Shown here one piece after another: positions 17,069 through 26,307 of a stretch of DNA of 42,800 nucleotides. This DNA comes from a virus. Its lineage: Duplodnaviria > Caudoviricetes. The stretch is from positions 1-42,800 of the IMG/VR virus record IMGVR_UViG_3300028413_000008; one strand, given 5' to 3'. Each line of letters starts with the position of its first letter. Within the stretch, counting starts at the first letter, position 1. The notes under the pieces are model-generated. The model saw nothing but the letters and a program-made list of their open reading frames with translations, had not been told where the DNA came from and ran no database searches. Both the position numbers and the translations under genes were made by a program.

Positions 17069-18778
17069 CTACAGTATGGTTGTTTTTCCAATAATACGAT
17101 AAAACATATCATCTGCTGCTGAATAAACAGTATCTCCTGCTCTGACCATAACTCCACCTTCACTTGGTGTGCCAGTAATACCTCCTAAAAAGATTGGTTG
17201 TGTACCGTTTTCTGAATTAACATAACCGTCTGCCGGTAGAGTTACAGTAGCTGTTGCTGAACTTATCTGCAAAAGTGGTGTAACTGGCCCAGTTGCTCTT
17301 ACTATTTTTGTTGTTCCTAAAGCTTTCCCCACAAGATATTCAATCGTTCCCGGAGTTGTACTAACAACACCATTCGTGTTTGTTAAATAATATTTACTGC
17401 CTGCTGTAAGTCCAGTCGTAGTATACGTTGGTGTTCCTACAACCGTAACCGGATTACCTAAAGTGACAGCGTCATCAGTGTAACCCACAAAATTGATACG
17501 AGTGTTTAACGCACCTGCATTTGCTTTAATAAATACATTTGGAGGAAAAATTTCTTCTCGATAGGTAACGGTTGATTGCATCGCTAAATTAACTGATGTC
17601 CATGCACCACCCGGACTTTCTTGAGTTTGTGTCCCTCCACCAACTTGTACAACTGAACCCCAACGTCTAGCGGTTGGTCCTGCAGCTTCTACAATAATAA
17701 AGTAAGTACCAGAAGATACTGATATGTTAGAAATGTCTTCTGTGTGTATATTGTCGGGGAGAAAGTTTAGTTTACTAAATAAATTTGCTCCACCTAAAGT
17801 TTCACGTATATAGAGATTTATTCTTGTAAAAGAATTTCCGTTGCCTCCAAAAATAGTAAAAGTTCTTAGTTGAGTAACGCCTACTGGCACTGTAAATTCT
17901 TGAGCGTAAGCATTTAAACCAGTACCCGTATCAATATTTTTATTTGACGTATTTGATTGCTGGTTATAAGCAAACTCCTCTGAAAATTCACCGTCAACAG
18001 TAAACGCAACAGCGTCTCCTGCAGCCAAGTCTTCTCCCGCATTAAAGCTTGACCCCGCTGAAGCAGCTGGTCCCGTTGCTCCAGTCGGCCCTATTGGTCC
18101 GGTTGGTCCAGCTACAGTTGAATTTGCTCCAGTTGCTCCTGTTGCCCCAGTTGGTCCGGTAGCTCCTGTTGCCCCAGTTGGTCCGGTAGCTCCAGTTGGT
18201 CCTGCTGGTCCCGGTACTGTTGAAGCCGCCCCAGTTGGTCCGGTAGCTCCAGTTGGTCCTGCTGGTCCCGGTACTGTTGAAGCCGCCCCAGTTGATCCTG
18301 TAACTCCCGTTGCCCCTGTAGCTCCTGTTGCTCCTGTAGCTCCCGCCCCTGTTGGACCAGTAGGTCCTACCGGACCGCCAGACGGTCCTGTTGCCCCCGT
18401 TGATCCTGTTGGCCCTGGCACGGTTGAATCAGCTCCTGTGGCTCCAGTTGCACCCGTGGCTCCAATTGGTCCGGTTGGTCCTGTAGGGCCAGCTATTTCT
18501 GAATCAGCTCCTGTAGGCCCTGTTGGGCCAGTAGGTCCTATTGGTCCTGTTGGACCTGTGGCTCCTGTGACACCAGTAGGCCCTGTAACTCCCGCTGGAG
18601 AATTACCAGTGTCTACCCAGTCATTTGTAGCTTCATTCCATGCCCAAAAAGTACCTGTAGTACCAATCAATGCAAAAGCTCCTGGTACCCCTACCGGAAA
18701 AGAATCTTCAAGGGCTGCGACTGTCGCAAAATACCCTAAGTTATTTGGATCTCCTGCACTGGTTGATAAATATGACAT
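17069..18778 (-). CDS. Collagen-like head/tail fibre protein
   Basis: ~180-aa G-X-T collagen region; [11 protein letters not shown]...[10 protein letters not shown]...G..STTPG...VGKAL fibre/cement-type domain. Confidence 0.8.
   Translation of the reverse strand: MSYLSTSAGDPNNLGYFATVAALEDSFPVGVPGAFALIGTTGTFWAWNEATNDWVDTGNSPAGVTGPTGVTGATGPTGPIGPTGPTGPTGADSEIAGPTGPTGPIGATGATGATGADSTVPGPTGSTGATGPSGGPVGPTGPTGAGATGATGATGATGVTGSTGAASTVPGPAGPTGATGPTGAASTVPGPAGPTGATGPTGATGATGPTGATGATGANSTVAGPTGPIGPTGATGPAASAGSSFNAGEDLAAGDAVAFTVDGEFSEEFAYNQQSNTSNKNIDTGTGLNAYAQEFTVPVGVTQLRTFTIFGGNGNSFTRINLYIRETLGGANLFSKLNFLPDNIHTEDISNISVSSGTYFIIVEAAGPTARRWGSVVQVGGGTQTQESPGGAWTSVNLAMQSTVTYREEIFPPNVFIKANAGALNTRINFVGYTDDAVTLGNPVTVVGTPTYTTTGLTAGSKYYLTNTNGVVSTTPGTIEYLVGKALGTTKIVRATGPVTPLLQISSATATVTLPADGYVNSENGTQPIFLGGITGTPSEGGVMVRAGDTVYSAADDMFYRIIGKTTIL
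18060..18596 (-). repeat. Collagen GPT/GAT coding repeats including a 45-bp tandem duplication
   Basis: [19 protein letters not shown]-type unit is repeated with identical DNA around 18170-18290. Confidence 0.85.
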
Positions 18779-18781
18779 AGG

Positions 18782-19417
18782 TTATTTTTGTTCTGGTTCA
18801 ATTTTAGCACCTTTTTTTTCAGCAAAAGTTCTTCGAAGAGGAATTGGTTTTTCTAGCTCAAAAATATATCGTGGTAATTTCTCAAGAACAATATTTGTCT
18901 GATCAATATTCTTATTGGATTTATCGATCACTTGAGTAGAGATATTTTCTATACCAGTCATCATTTCTGAGATTGATGTAATATAAATTTCACCTTGTTT
19001 TACAATCGACCCCACAGTTTCTTCAATTACCTTTGATTGATCAGAAATTTTTGTTCCTACCATCGACAAAAGTTCAATTGACGTCATTTTTTCAATCTTT
19101 TGTTTATCGTAGATTTCGTTTTCTCGCTGTTTTGCTTCACATTCTGTCTCAAGTCGAGATTTTCGAGTTTCTAAATCTGTAATCTCGTGAGTAACACTTA
19201 TTTTTCTCCTATTTTCAAGAAGATCCATCGCGGCTAACCGACTTTGAATCTGAATCTCCTCTGTTCGCATTGCATCAAGAGACTGAGCTTTTTCAATCTC
19301 TGTTTTTTGGAGTGTTTCTTTTTCTGTTTCCAAAACACTTATTTCTTTGAGCAAATTATCTCGTTGCTCAGTCCACGTCTGGATATTTTCAGTTTGTTGT
19401 GGAGTGAGGTTGTCCAT
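18782..19417 (-). CDS. Coiled-coil protein
   Basis: Heptad E/K/Q-rich sequence. Confidence 0.75.
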   Translation of the reverse strand: MDNLTPQQTENIQTWTEQRDNLLKEISVLETEKETLQKTEIEKAQSLDAMRTEEIQIQSRLAAMDLLENRRKISVTHEITDLETRKSRLETECEAKQRENEIYDKQKIEKMTSIELLSMVGTKISDQSKVIEETVGSIVKQGEIYITSISEMMTGIENISTQVIDKSNKNIDQTNIVLEKLPRYIFELEKPIPLRRTFAEKKGAKIEPEQK

Positions 19418-19419
19418 AC

Positions 19420-19767
19420 TTAGTTTCGGATTGACCTAGCCATTGTTCCAGTAAAAGTCCCTCCAACGGTTCGCATAACCGCGTTTTGGTCAGGGTTGAA
19501 TTCAAAGCGTGGTCGACCGGCTTGACCTGTAATATCCTGAAGAGTAAGTCCTTGACCGTCTGCTAACTCAAAAGTCCCCAAGATTGTTTCTGTTGAGTCT
19601 GAATCAATAGCGATTATTTGCATACTTCCTGCCGCACTAAGGTCCCCAACAATTTCATGGATGTAATTCCACGCTGGTGTTGCCAAATCTCGAGCGATTA
19701 GCACAGTATCTCCAGCTGGTGCTGAAATAGCTGATGATATATGTCTACTTGATGAATCTTGTAACAT
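19420..19767 (-). CDS. Small beta-rich virion protein
   Basis: Follows the major capsid gene. Confidence 0.6.
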   Translation of the reverse strand: MLQDSSSRHISSAISAPAGDTVLIARDLATPAWNYIHEIVGDLSAAGSMQIIAIDSDSTETILGTFELADGQGLTLQDITGQAGRPRFEFNPDQNAVMRTVGGTFTGTMARSIRN

Positions 19768-19811
19768 ACTAATTTAATTTAAATGCGGATAAGAAGGCGT
19801 TAATCTGCCTA

Positions 19812-19836
19812 TCAGAACCCCCATAAAGGGGCTCTG
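19812..19836 (-). terminator. Hairpin/terminator after the major capsid gene
   Basis: CAGAACCCC-CATAAA-GGGGCTCTG. Confidence 0.55.
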
Positions 19837-19850
19837 TAGATAGACTACGA

Positions 19851-20888
19851 TTAGGTAGTTGTACCGTCTCCAGCTGACCACATCCATCCACGAAGGTCGG
19901 ATGCTCCAAACGTCGCAAGCGAGTTGAAGTTCATTACGAGGTCTTGGTTGCCCAATGTATCGACAACGGCTGGCTCTGCTCGAGTTGCAAGTGACTCAAT
20001 GTAGAGGAATCCGTAATCGGCATTCTTCATCTTAGAGTCCATCATTCCCCATTGAAGACCGGTCATACCCTGGTTTTCAAATGGACTCAACTCAACACAC
20101 GTAAATGTGTCAGTTGCTGGCGCGTTGTTGAAAAGGTTTGTTTGCTGTGGAGCAAGACCTTTATCAATTGTGCCCTTGATAGTTTTTGCAAACTGAGCTG
20201 ATGTTGAACCGGCTCGAACGATAAGGGTGTCAAGCTGTGACATAAGCGGCATCCCTCGCCCATCTTTCTTCAACGATTGTTGTCGACGAGCGGCAAGCAA
20301 TGCTGAGTAAGTGAACTGTGGTGAAGGTGTCGCTCCGTCAATGATGACGTTACCCCATACTGGACCACCATCTTCCCGTGGGTGAGATACTGACCAGTAA
20401 GCAACTGCATCGGCTCCAAGTGTTGAAATCGGAGTCGGAGTTCCTACGTTGTTGATTGGTTGCCATGTAAATGACGTACCAAATCCCTGCGAAAGAAGAC
20501 ATTGTGCGAGGTAGTTTTTAGCTAGCTCGATAGAGTTCTTACCTTCAAGAACTTTACTCTTCACAGTACCTTTAATCTTTGCAGCAGCACTCTCAAAGAG
20601 GAAGAAGTTTGACTGGAAAGTCAAACGTACTTTCTTTGTAAAGTGCATTTGCGTGTAGTTTTTTGAATACCCCTGGATTGGAGCATCAGACGAACCTACA
20701 CCTCCGTCTGGAATGATTTCGGCCATTCCCAAACCGGTGACACCTGTATCTGAATAGATACGTTGGTTGTCTTCTACCTTGTGCATGAAGTCAAGGTATT
20801 CAGATTTAACTTCTGGTGCAACTTTCGGTGCAATGTGTTTTAGCACATTGTTTACGATCACTGCGTAGTCCTGAATTGTTCCGCTCAT
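19851..20888 (-). CDS. Major capsid protein (HK97 fold, inferred)
   Basis: 345 aa, follows scaffold and cement genes; LGADAVAYWSVSHP and FGASDLRG.M.S.G resemble Mu-gpT-like capsids. Confidence 0.8.
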   Translation of the reverse strand: MSGTIQDYAVIVNNVLKHIAPKVAPEVKSEYLDFMHKVEDNQRIYSDTGVTGLGMAEIIPDGGVGSSDAPIQGYSKNYTQMHFTKKVRLTFQSNFFLFESAAAKIKGTVKSKVLEGKNSIELAKNYLAQCLLSQGFGTSFTWQPINNVGTPTPISTLGADAVAYWSVSHPREDGGPVWGNVIIDGATPSPQFTYSALLAARRQQSLKKDGRGMPLMSQLDTLIVRAGSTSAQFAKTIKGTIDKGLAPQQTNLFNNAPATDTFTCVELSPFENQGMTGLQWGMMDSKMKNADYGFLYIESLATRAEPAVVDTLGNQDLVMNFNSLATFGASDLRGWMWSAGDGTTT

Positions 20889-20916
20889 ACTTTAAAATTA
20901 ATTAGAGTGTTAATAA

Positions 20917-21327
20917 TTATTGGACAAACTGCACAAGAATCTTCCTGTCAGCTGCAGCACCATAAACACCGACCTGCTGGACAATACCTGCGGCTGCAGT
21001 TGTACCAGTGTTGTTTACCAAACCTGCGTTAGCTCCTAGCACCATCAACTGTCCGTTGTGTGCCGCGTTGGAGTTGTTAGTTGAGTCTGCGATCCAAACA
21101 TCCTTCTCAAAAATGTCGATTACTGGAACCACTGTCTCAGCGTCTACTGCTGAAATAGTTTTGTTACAGACACCGATCACCTCTGTTCGAGTAGTTCCGT
21201 TGTCACCCTGTACTGCTAAACCGTTTGTGTACTGAAGTACAAAACCTTTGGTTGTTACAGCTGCAGATGCTTTCGCAACGTCTCGAAGAGAACGGCTTGG
21301 ATTTTTGATTACACTTTGTGTGAACAT
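20917..21327 (-). CDS. Capsid cement/decoration protein
   Basis: Small beta-rich protein between scaffold and capsid. Confidence 0.6.
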   Translation of the reverse strand: MFTQSVIKNPSRSLRDVAKASAAVTTKGFVLQYTNGLAVQGDNGTTRTEVIGVCNKTISAVDAETVVPVIDIFEKDVWIADSTNNSNAAHNGQLMVLGANAGLVNNTGTTAAAGIVQQVGVYGAAADRKILVQFVQ

Positions 21328-21352
21328 ACTTCAAAAATATTACCGATGAAGA

Positions 21353-22297
21353 TTAATCTTCAGCAAGCAATTCAAGAGCTTTTTCCTCAGACATTCCTGT
21401 CGCTTTCAGTTCGTCGATTGATTTTTGTATCTCTGGTGAATGTGAGCCTTTCGTGGTGCTTCCACCAGGGAACTGCATCGCATTTACTTTTTCAGAAATA
21501 CCGGCTCCTTTCAGCACTCGTTGCTGCATAGTTTCTGATGGTCGAAACATATTTTCATATGCCATTCCAAGAACTGATTTTAGTTCCTGGCCTGATTTAC
21601 CTTGCCAATTGTAGTTATTATCTACAAAGTCAAAGAAAACTTCTCGAACATCTTCGTCCTGCAGCTGTTTGTGTGCTTCTACGAAACCTTTCAAATCAGA
21701 CTGAACTTCTTGAGTCATTCGCTCTTGACGGAACATTTCCGCCGCTTCTTCCTTAGTCATCAGACCAAGCTGTTTAGCTCGTTCTTTATCTGTGTCTAAT
21801 TCAGGATTGGGATCACCTTCTGGAGAATCTTCAGCTTTTTGCTGAGTAAATCTTTCTGTTCCACTCAATAGTTTTAAGTTTCCTTTTACTTTTGATATTT
21901 CTTCAGAAAGTTTTTCCTTTGCTTCCGGAGTTTCAGCAGCTCGCCTTCTCCGAACTAAATCGAAGAGTTCAACTCGCTTTTCATAGGCCTCATCAGTTTC
22001 CCATTTTCCCTTGTGAGGAATACGGAATTCATCTTCTCCTTCAGCTCCAGTGGTTTGAGAGTCGCCGGCTTCCTCTCCTGCAGGTTCAGTTGGTTCAGTT
22101 GGAGTTTCTTCGTCTCCCGTTTCTGCTTCGTCACCAGTCGGTGCATCAGCTCCTGTCGCTCCTTCTTCTGCAGTCTGGTCCTCGTCTTTTGATTCGAGAA
22201 CTTTTCCAGCTTGTACATCTGCAATACTTTTTTCCAGCTCTGCGTCGAGCGCTGAATCATCGTTTACTTCAGGTACGTTTGGTGTTTGATCGCTCAT
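21353..22297 (-). CDS. Capsid scaffolding protein
   Basis: Acidic disordered N-terminus, coiled coil, C-terminal GMSEEK helix; position. Confidence 0.7.
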   Translation of the reverse strand: MSDQTPNVPEVNDDSALDAELEKSIADVQAGKVLESKDEDQTAEEGATGADAPTGDEAETGDEETPTEPTEPAGEEAGDSQTTGAEGEDEFRIPHKGKWETDEAYEKRVELFDLVRRRRAAETPEAKEKLSEEISKVKGNLKLLSGTERFTQQKAEDSPEGDPNPELDTDKERAKQLGLMTKEEAAEMFRQERMTQEVQSDLKGFVEAHKQLQDEDVREVFFDFVDNNYNWQGKSGQELKSVLGMAYENMFRPSETMQQRVLKGAGISEKVNAMQFPGGSTTKGSHSPEIQKSIDELKATGMSEEKALELLAED

Positions 22298-22359
22298 ATT
22301 TTATCCGACACTATCGCAGTCGTCTCGTGAGTTACTTTAATAATACAATGTCTTGCTCT

Positions 22360-22968
22360 TTACGCAAGAGGTTCCCTGGAGATAGAAGAGTGCTTTGAAA
22401 TCCGATCCAGCTTCATTTTTAGAGAATCTAAGTTCACAGAACCTTCTGTAATAAATGAAATTGCGTGTCGTTGGTAGTCACCAGCCTGAGCTTCGTTTGA
22501 ATCAGTAATTGTTGTCGCGTATTTCAACGGAACAATAACCAAGTACACTTCGCTATTTCGCTGCTTGTAAAACAAGAAGCCTTTTTTCTTTGGAAACTTT
22601 TGGTTGAAGATTTCAATCATTTCTTCTCGATCAACTGGGTAACCGCAAGTTCGGTTAAACCACTCAGGAGCAGTTTGATCAGTTTTTTTGAATTTTTCCC
22701 CACTGATTGTTTCGTCAATTTTCCGTGGGAAGAAATAGTCTTTCTGGTCAACATCGTCACCGTCAGTATCTTTTAACACAATCTTTTTTGCAGCTTCTAC
22801 TTCAGCAGCTTTTTTTGCAGCTTCAGCTTGAATTTTTTTCTCTTCTTTTTCCGCTGCAATTTTTGCGTCTTCGTCAGCAATTAGTTGATCAAGGATATCT
22901 TCAGTTACGGTTTCCTCAAAAGGAATACCCATTCGAGTTGCTTTATTTTTCTTTGTCGTTAGAGACAT
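22360..22968 (-). CDS. Hypothetical protein
   Basis: Clean ORF in the structural arm. Confidence 0.7.
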   Translation of the reverse strand: MSLTTKKNKATRMGIPFEETVTEDILDQLIADEDAKIAAEKEEKKIQAEAAKKAAEVEAAKKIVLKDTDGDDVDQKDYFFPRKIDETISGEKFKKTDQTAPEWFNRTCGYPVDREEMIEIFNQKFPKKKGFLFYKQRNSEVYLVIVPLKYATTITDSNEAQAGDYQRHAISFITEGSVNLDSLKMKLDRISKHSSISREPLA

Positions 22969-23027
22969 ACGTTATGATGGCTATCCTGCCTATCAAGGGT
23001 TCTTAAATAATAACGCCCCCAATTCCC

Positions 23028-23525
23028 TTACGGAGAATTAGTGACTGATTTGCTTTTGAATAGATTTTTAAAGAATTTGTAGAATGAGTCAACAAACTTA
23101 TGTTGATCTGGAGTAATCTGACCTTTCACGCTATCGATATATTCTTTAGTAAGAGTCATCACCGGTACGTTTTTTCTGATACGAGCAATCTTGGCTGCTT
23201 CTTCGATAATCGCAAATTCCACAGGGTACGGATGAGAATAATTTAATCTAATCTCTTCACCTTTTTTAATGTCTCGATCAGCACGAACCGCAATTTGGCG
23301 TTCAACCTCAACTACGTTTACTCGATCGGTTTCAACAAACGTAGCTTCAACTACATCAGAATTTACTTGACCAATAAGAATCGTCGACATTTCTTCGGCA
23401 CTAATCGTAAACTCATCTCCCGAAGGTGTAATGAATTTCATCAACTTTTTTTCACAAGCTTCTTCATTGTAGTTTACCTGCAACGTATATTTTTCTTTTT
23501 TCAGTTCTACTGGTTTTTTTGACAT
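23028..23525 (-). CDS. Hypothetical protein
   Basis: Clean ORF; VRADRDIKKGEEIRLNY resembles a SET C-terminal motif only. Confidence 0.7.
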   Translation of the reverse strand: MSKKPVELKKEKYTLQVNYNEEACEKKLMKFITPSGDEFTISAEEMSTILIGQVNSDVVEATFVETDRVNVVEVERQIAVRADRDIKKGEEIRLNYSHPYPVEFAIIEEAAKIARIRKNVPVMTLTKEYIDSVKGQITPDQHKFVDSFYKFFKNLFKSKSVTNSP

Positions 23526-23764
23526 TATTGTTCTGTGAAGTTATTTTTTCGGATAGAATCCAAACTATTAATAAACTTTTTAATCATGTCTTGCTGCGCA
23601 TCAAGAGTTACCGCGTTTACCACGGTAGCGTATTCTGTCTCACCAACAAGTTGTTGAATACTTCCACAATCTTGCAAAATACGAATCGCAATAGCAACGT
23701 GCTCACTTTGGGCAAATGCTATTTTCTTCTGCTTCATTGACTGTTCGTTAATTTCTTCAGACAT
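23525..23764 (-). CDS. Small protein after the portal gene
   Basis: TAATG coupling to the next gene. Confidence 0.7.
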   Translation of the reverse strand: MSEEINEQSMKQKKIAFAQSEHVAIAIRILQDCGSIQQLVGETEYATVVNAVTLDAQQDMIKKFINSLDSIRKNNFTEQ

Positions 23765-23775
23765 ATATTTTTATT

Positions 23776-26010
23776 TTATTCACCAGGGAAAAACGGTAAG
23801 TTAGCAGCCCTTCCTACACTTGCGTCAACCGCTGCCCCCATCGGACTTTGCGGTCGAGCGAGTTGCTCTGGACCTTGTGGACGAGCTAAATTTGGATCAG
23901 ACGATTCACCGGGAATCCCGGTAGGAGGATTTTGTCGTTTAATTGGTGGAATTGTTCCTGGAGTTTGTGGAGCTGTCATGTTGTCTTGAGACGGTTCAAG
24001 TCCAGCTTGGGATTCAATTTCACGCTGCACATCAGCTGGAGCGTCTTTGTACAATTTAGTTTTATCAATTGGTTCTTCTGGAGATTCTGGAATACCTTCA
24101 GCTGGTTCCATAGAAATAATCTTGTCGTACAATCCTTTTGGAATGTAGTCGTAGATATTTTCTTTTTGAATCTTGAGTAACCGCTCAAACGCACGCAACT
24201 GTGATGCTGCAGCTTCAGGATCATTATTCCGTAATTGGAAAATCAAGTTAATTTGATTTGTAATGATTGGAGAAATCGCCATGTAGTTTTGTTTTTGGAT
24301 TTCAATTGACGGAACAAGCATTGAGTCCGGATCAATAATAAATTCAAGATAGGCTTTTTTGTGACCATGTTCGTTCATTTCCTGGAACAAGTTTCGAGCA
24401 GCGATGGTCCTCGTTGGGACATCTTCAAGCAACTCACCTTCTTCAGTGAAGTCAAAGTTCAGTCGGAGATTTCGTGACGCAGTGATAACGTGACCAACAA
24501 TGGTTTCATCATCGTCTCCTGTGATTTCTTGAGTTTCAACAAAGTAGTCTGGGTTTTGGTTTACAAACTCAGCAATGTCTTCATCTTTGTCGACCATAAA
24601 AACTTTATCGACTGGATACGTCTGCTCAATCCAGGACAGTGCAATGTGTGCGTCTGTCTGCAATGCGTTCATCATCGAGTTACGCGGTGGAGTCAAACGG
24701 TTGTATGCCGCCTCTTTCAAAATCACCGTAGCCCCCAAAGTGCTTTCTCCGTTTTGACCAGCGACGATGTTGTTGACTCCAGTGTTTTCTTCAATTGCTA
24801 GTTTTTGATCTCGACCAAATGCGATTCCTTGCTGGACGTTTCCAGAAGTTTTTACTACGTCGATTGAAGTCCCTGGATTCTTTGGGTTAATTACGTTTGG
24901 TGACCGACGGTAAGTGCTCGTACCATTTTGCACCTGTGGACCAAACAGTAGCGGGAAAATTTCCGCCTCAACTTGCTGAGCATTTAATGAGTTAATATAA
25001 GTAAACAAAGCCGTGTTACCGCGCATCATTTCGTACAACCCCACGCCATATGGGTCCAAGATATTTTTTACAAAACATCGGGCAACCATAATCGATCCGT
25101 AGGAATCTTCGTTTGGTAATTCCCCGTCGTAGATAATAAATTTTCCACACTTCACCACGTACCGGTTGAGCAGTACGTTTTCGTAATACCCAATTGTGTA
25201 CGAATTTTGTGAAAGCAGTTGGTTTTCATTCTTTGATTCTTCTGAAGATGTGGCTTCGAAATACTTTCTTTTTTTCTTATGCTCTTCAGCTTCTGGAACC
25301 ATTTTGAAAAACTCATCCTTGAGAATATCTTTTTCGTAATATACCTCAAATGCTGACCAGTAATCACCGACGTTCTGACCAACTCCAAGCCAGGTTCGAT
25401 CTGGATCCATCGGTTCCCGGTACACGTCATCAAACAAAATCTTGTCGATTCCTTTTCGTTTAACAGAAACCCGTCGCGGATATGTTCGCCACGCGGCCCA
25501 GCCGTAAGTGAGCAAGTTCTGATATGTTCGCTCTAAAGTGTTTTGACCGTTAGCCCCTTTGAGAGTCCATGTTCGTTTCCACAATTCATACGCAGCTTTG
25601 TTGTACACCTTGTCGTCACCAATCACTTGAGCATCTGGAACCTTACCAGCAAGAACACTGGTTGCGATGAGAATTTTTGAAAGTGCAATTGGTTCTTGTG
25701 ATACCGGTACTCCAGACTGGCTTTGATTCTGATCAGGTGATTTGTGCGGGTATACGTTTATGTCGTAACCACCGTTAGCCATTTTGTTATAAAAAACCAT
25801 CGATCCCCAGCCGCTTTTCTCGTACTTCTTTTCACCATATGAAACAGTGGTGTTTATGATGTTCTCAGCGATCTCTCTTGAAAGTTGATCAAAACGAGTT
25901 CGATATTGAGAATCTTTCATCAGCTTTTTTTTGTCCTCGACAAATGTAAAAGACTCTTTATCTCGAGTATCTTTATTTTTCTTAGAAGTAGCTGCTTGGT
26001 AATCGTCCAT
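23776..26010 (-). CDS. Portal protein
   Basis: 744 aa after TerL; PYGVGLYEM, IEENTGVNNIVAG and TLGAT motifs resemble P22-like portals. Confidence 0.8.
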   Translation of the reverse strand: MDDYQAATSKKNKDTRDKESFTFVEDKKKLMKDSQYRTRFDQLSREIAENIINTTVSYGEKKYEKSGWGSMVFYNKMANGGYDINVYPHKSPDQNQSQSGVPVSQEPIALSKILIATSVLAGKVPDAQVIGDDKVYNKAAYELWKRTWTLKGANGQNTLERTYQNLLTYGWAAWRTYPRRVSVKRKGIDKILFDDVYREPMDPDRTWLGVGQNVGDYWSAFEVYYEKDILKDEFFKMVPEAEEHKKKRKYFEATSSEESKNENQLLSQNSYTIGYYENVLLNRYVVKCGKFIIYDGELPNEDSYGSIMVARCFVKNILDPYGVGLYEMMRGNTALFTYINSLNAQQVEAEIFPLLFGPQVQNGTSTYRRSPNVINPKNPGTSIDVVKTSGNVQQGIAFGRDQKLAIEENTGVNNIVAGQNGESTLGATVILKEAAYNRLTPPRNSMMNALQTDAHIALSWIEQTYPVDKVFMVDKDEDIAEFVNQNPDYFVETQEITGDDDETIVGHVITASRNLRLNFDFTEEGELLEDVPTRTIAARNLFQEMNEHGHKKAYLEFIIDPDSMLVPSIEIQKQNYMAISPIITNQINLIFQLRNNDPEAAASQLRAFERLLKIQKENIYDYIPKGLYDKIISMEPAEGIPESPEEPIDKTKLYKDAPADVQREIESQAGLEPSQDNMTAPQTPGTIPPIKRQNPPTGIPGESSDPNLARPQGPEQLARPQSPMGAAVDASVGRAANLPFFPGE

Positions 26011-26057
26011 ATGTGCAATAGTATTAGTTTAACTCAGATAAAACAAGTGGCGAGTTG

Positions 26058-26297
26058 TCAACAGTTTTTCTTTCGCTTCCGTTTTTTTTTCTTTTTTTGA
26101 ATAGGTTTGTGGATCGCAGCCAGAAATCCGGGGCAACTTTGAAGCTGCTTCCACTTCCTTCGATTTGACCGCTTGTATTGTTGAAGTGGATTTTTTTTGA
26201 TTTTACTACGATTCCTTGGAGATCTGTGCTCACGATGAAAAACAACATTCTGACCTTCTTGAAGATTGTGATGGAGTGATTTGTATCTCCTCGCCAT
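26058..26297 (-). CDS. Very basic small protein (reading frame ambiguous with 26024..26311)
   Basis: MARRYK... start 10 nt after the TerL stop; K/R-rich. Confidence 0.4.
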   Translation of the reverse strand: MARRYKSLHHNLQEGQNVVFHREHRSPRNRSKIKKNPLQQYKRSNRRKWKQLQSCPGFLAAIHKPIQKKKKKRKRKKNC

Positions 26298-26307
26298 AAT
26301 ATATTTA

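Noticed and set aside
18438-18902. Antisense collagen-like ORF
   Set aside because: Mirror of the GPT repeats on the coding strand
23028-23525. SET-domain methyltransferase
   Set aside because: Only the A.RDI..GEE....Y motif is present; the NHS motif and N-terminal SET elements are missing
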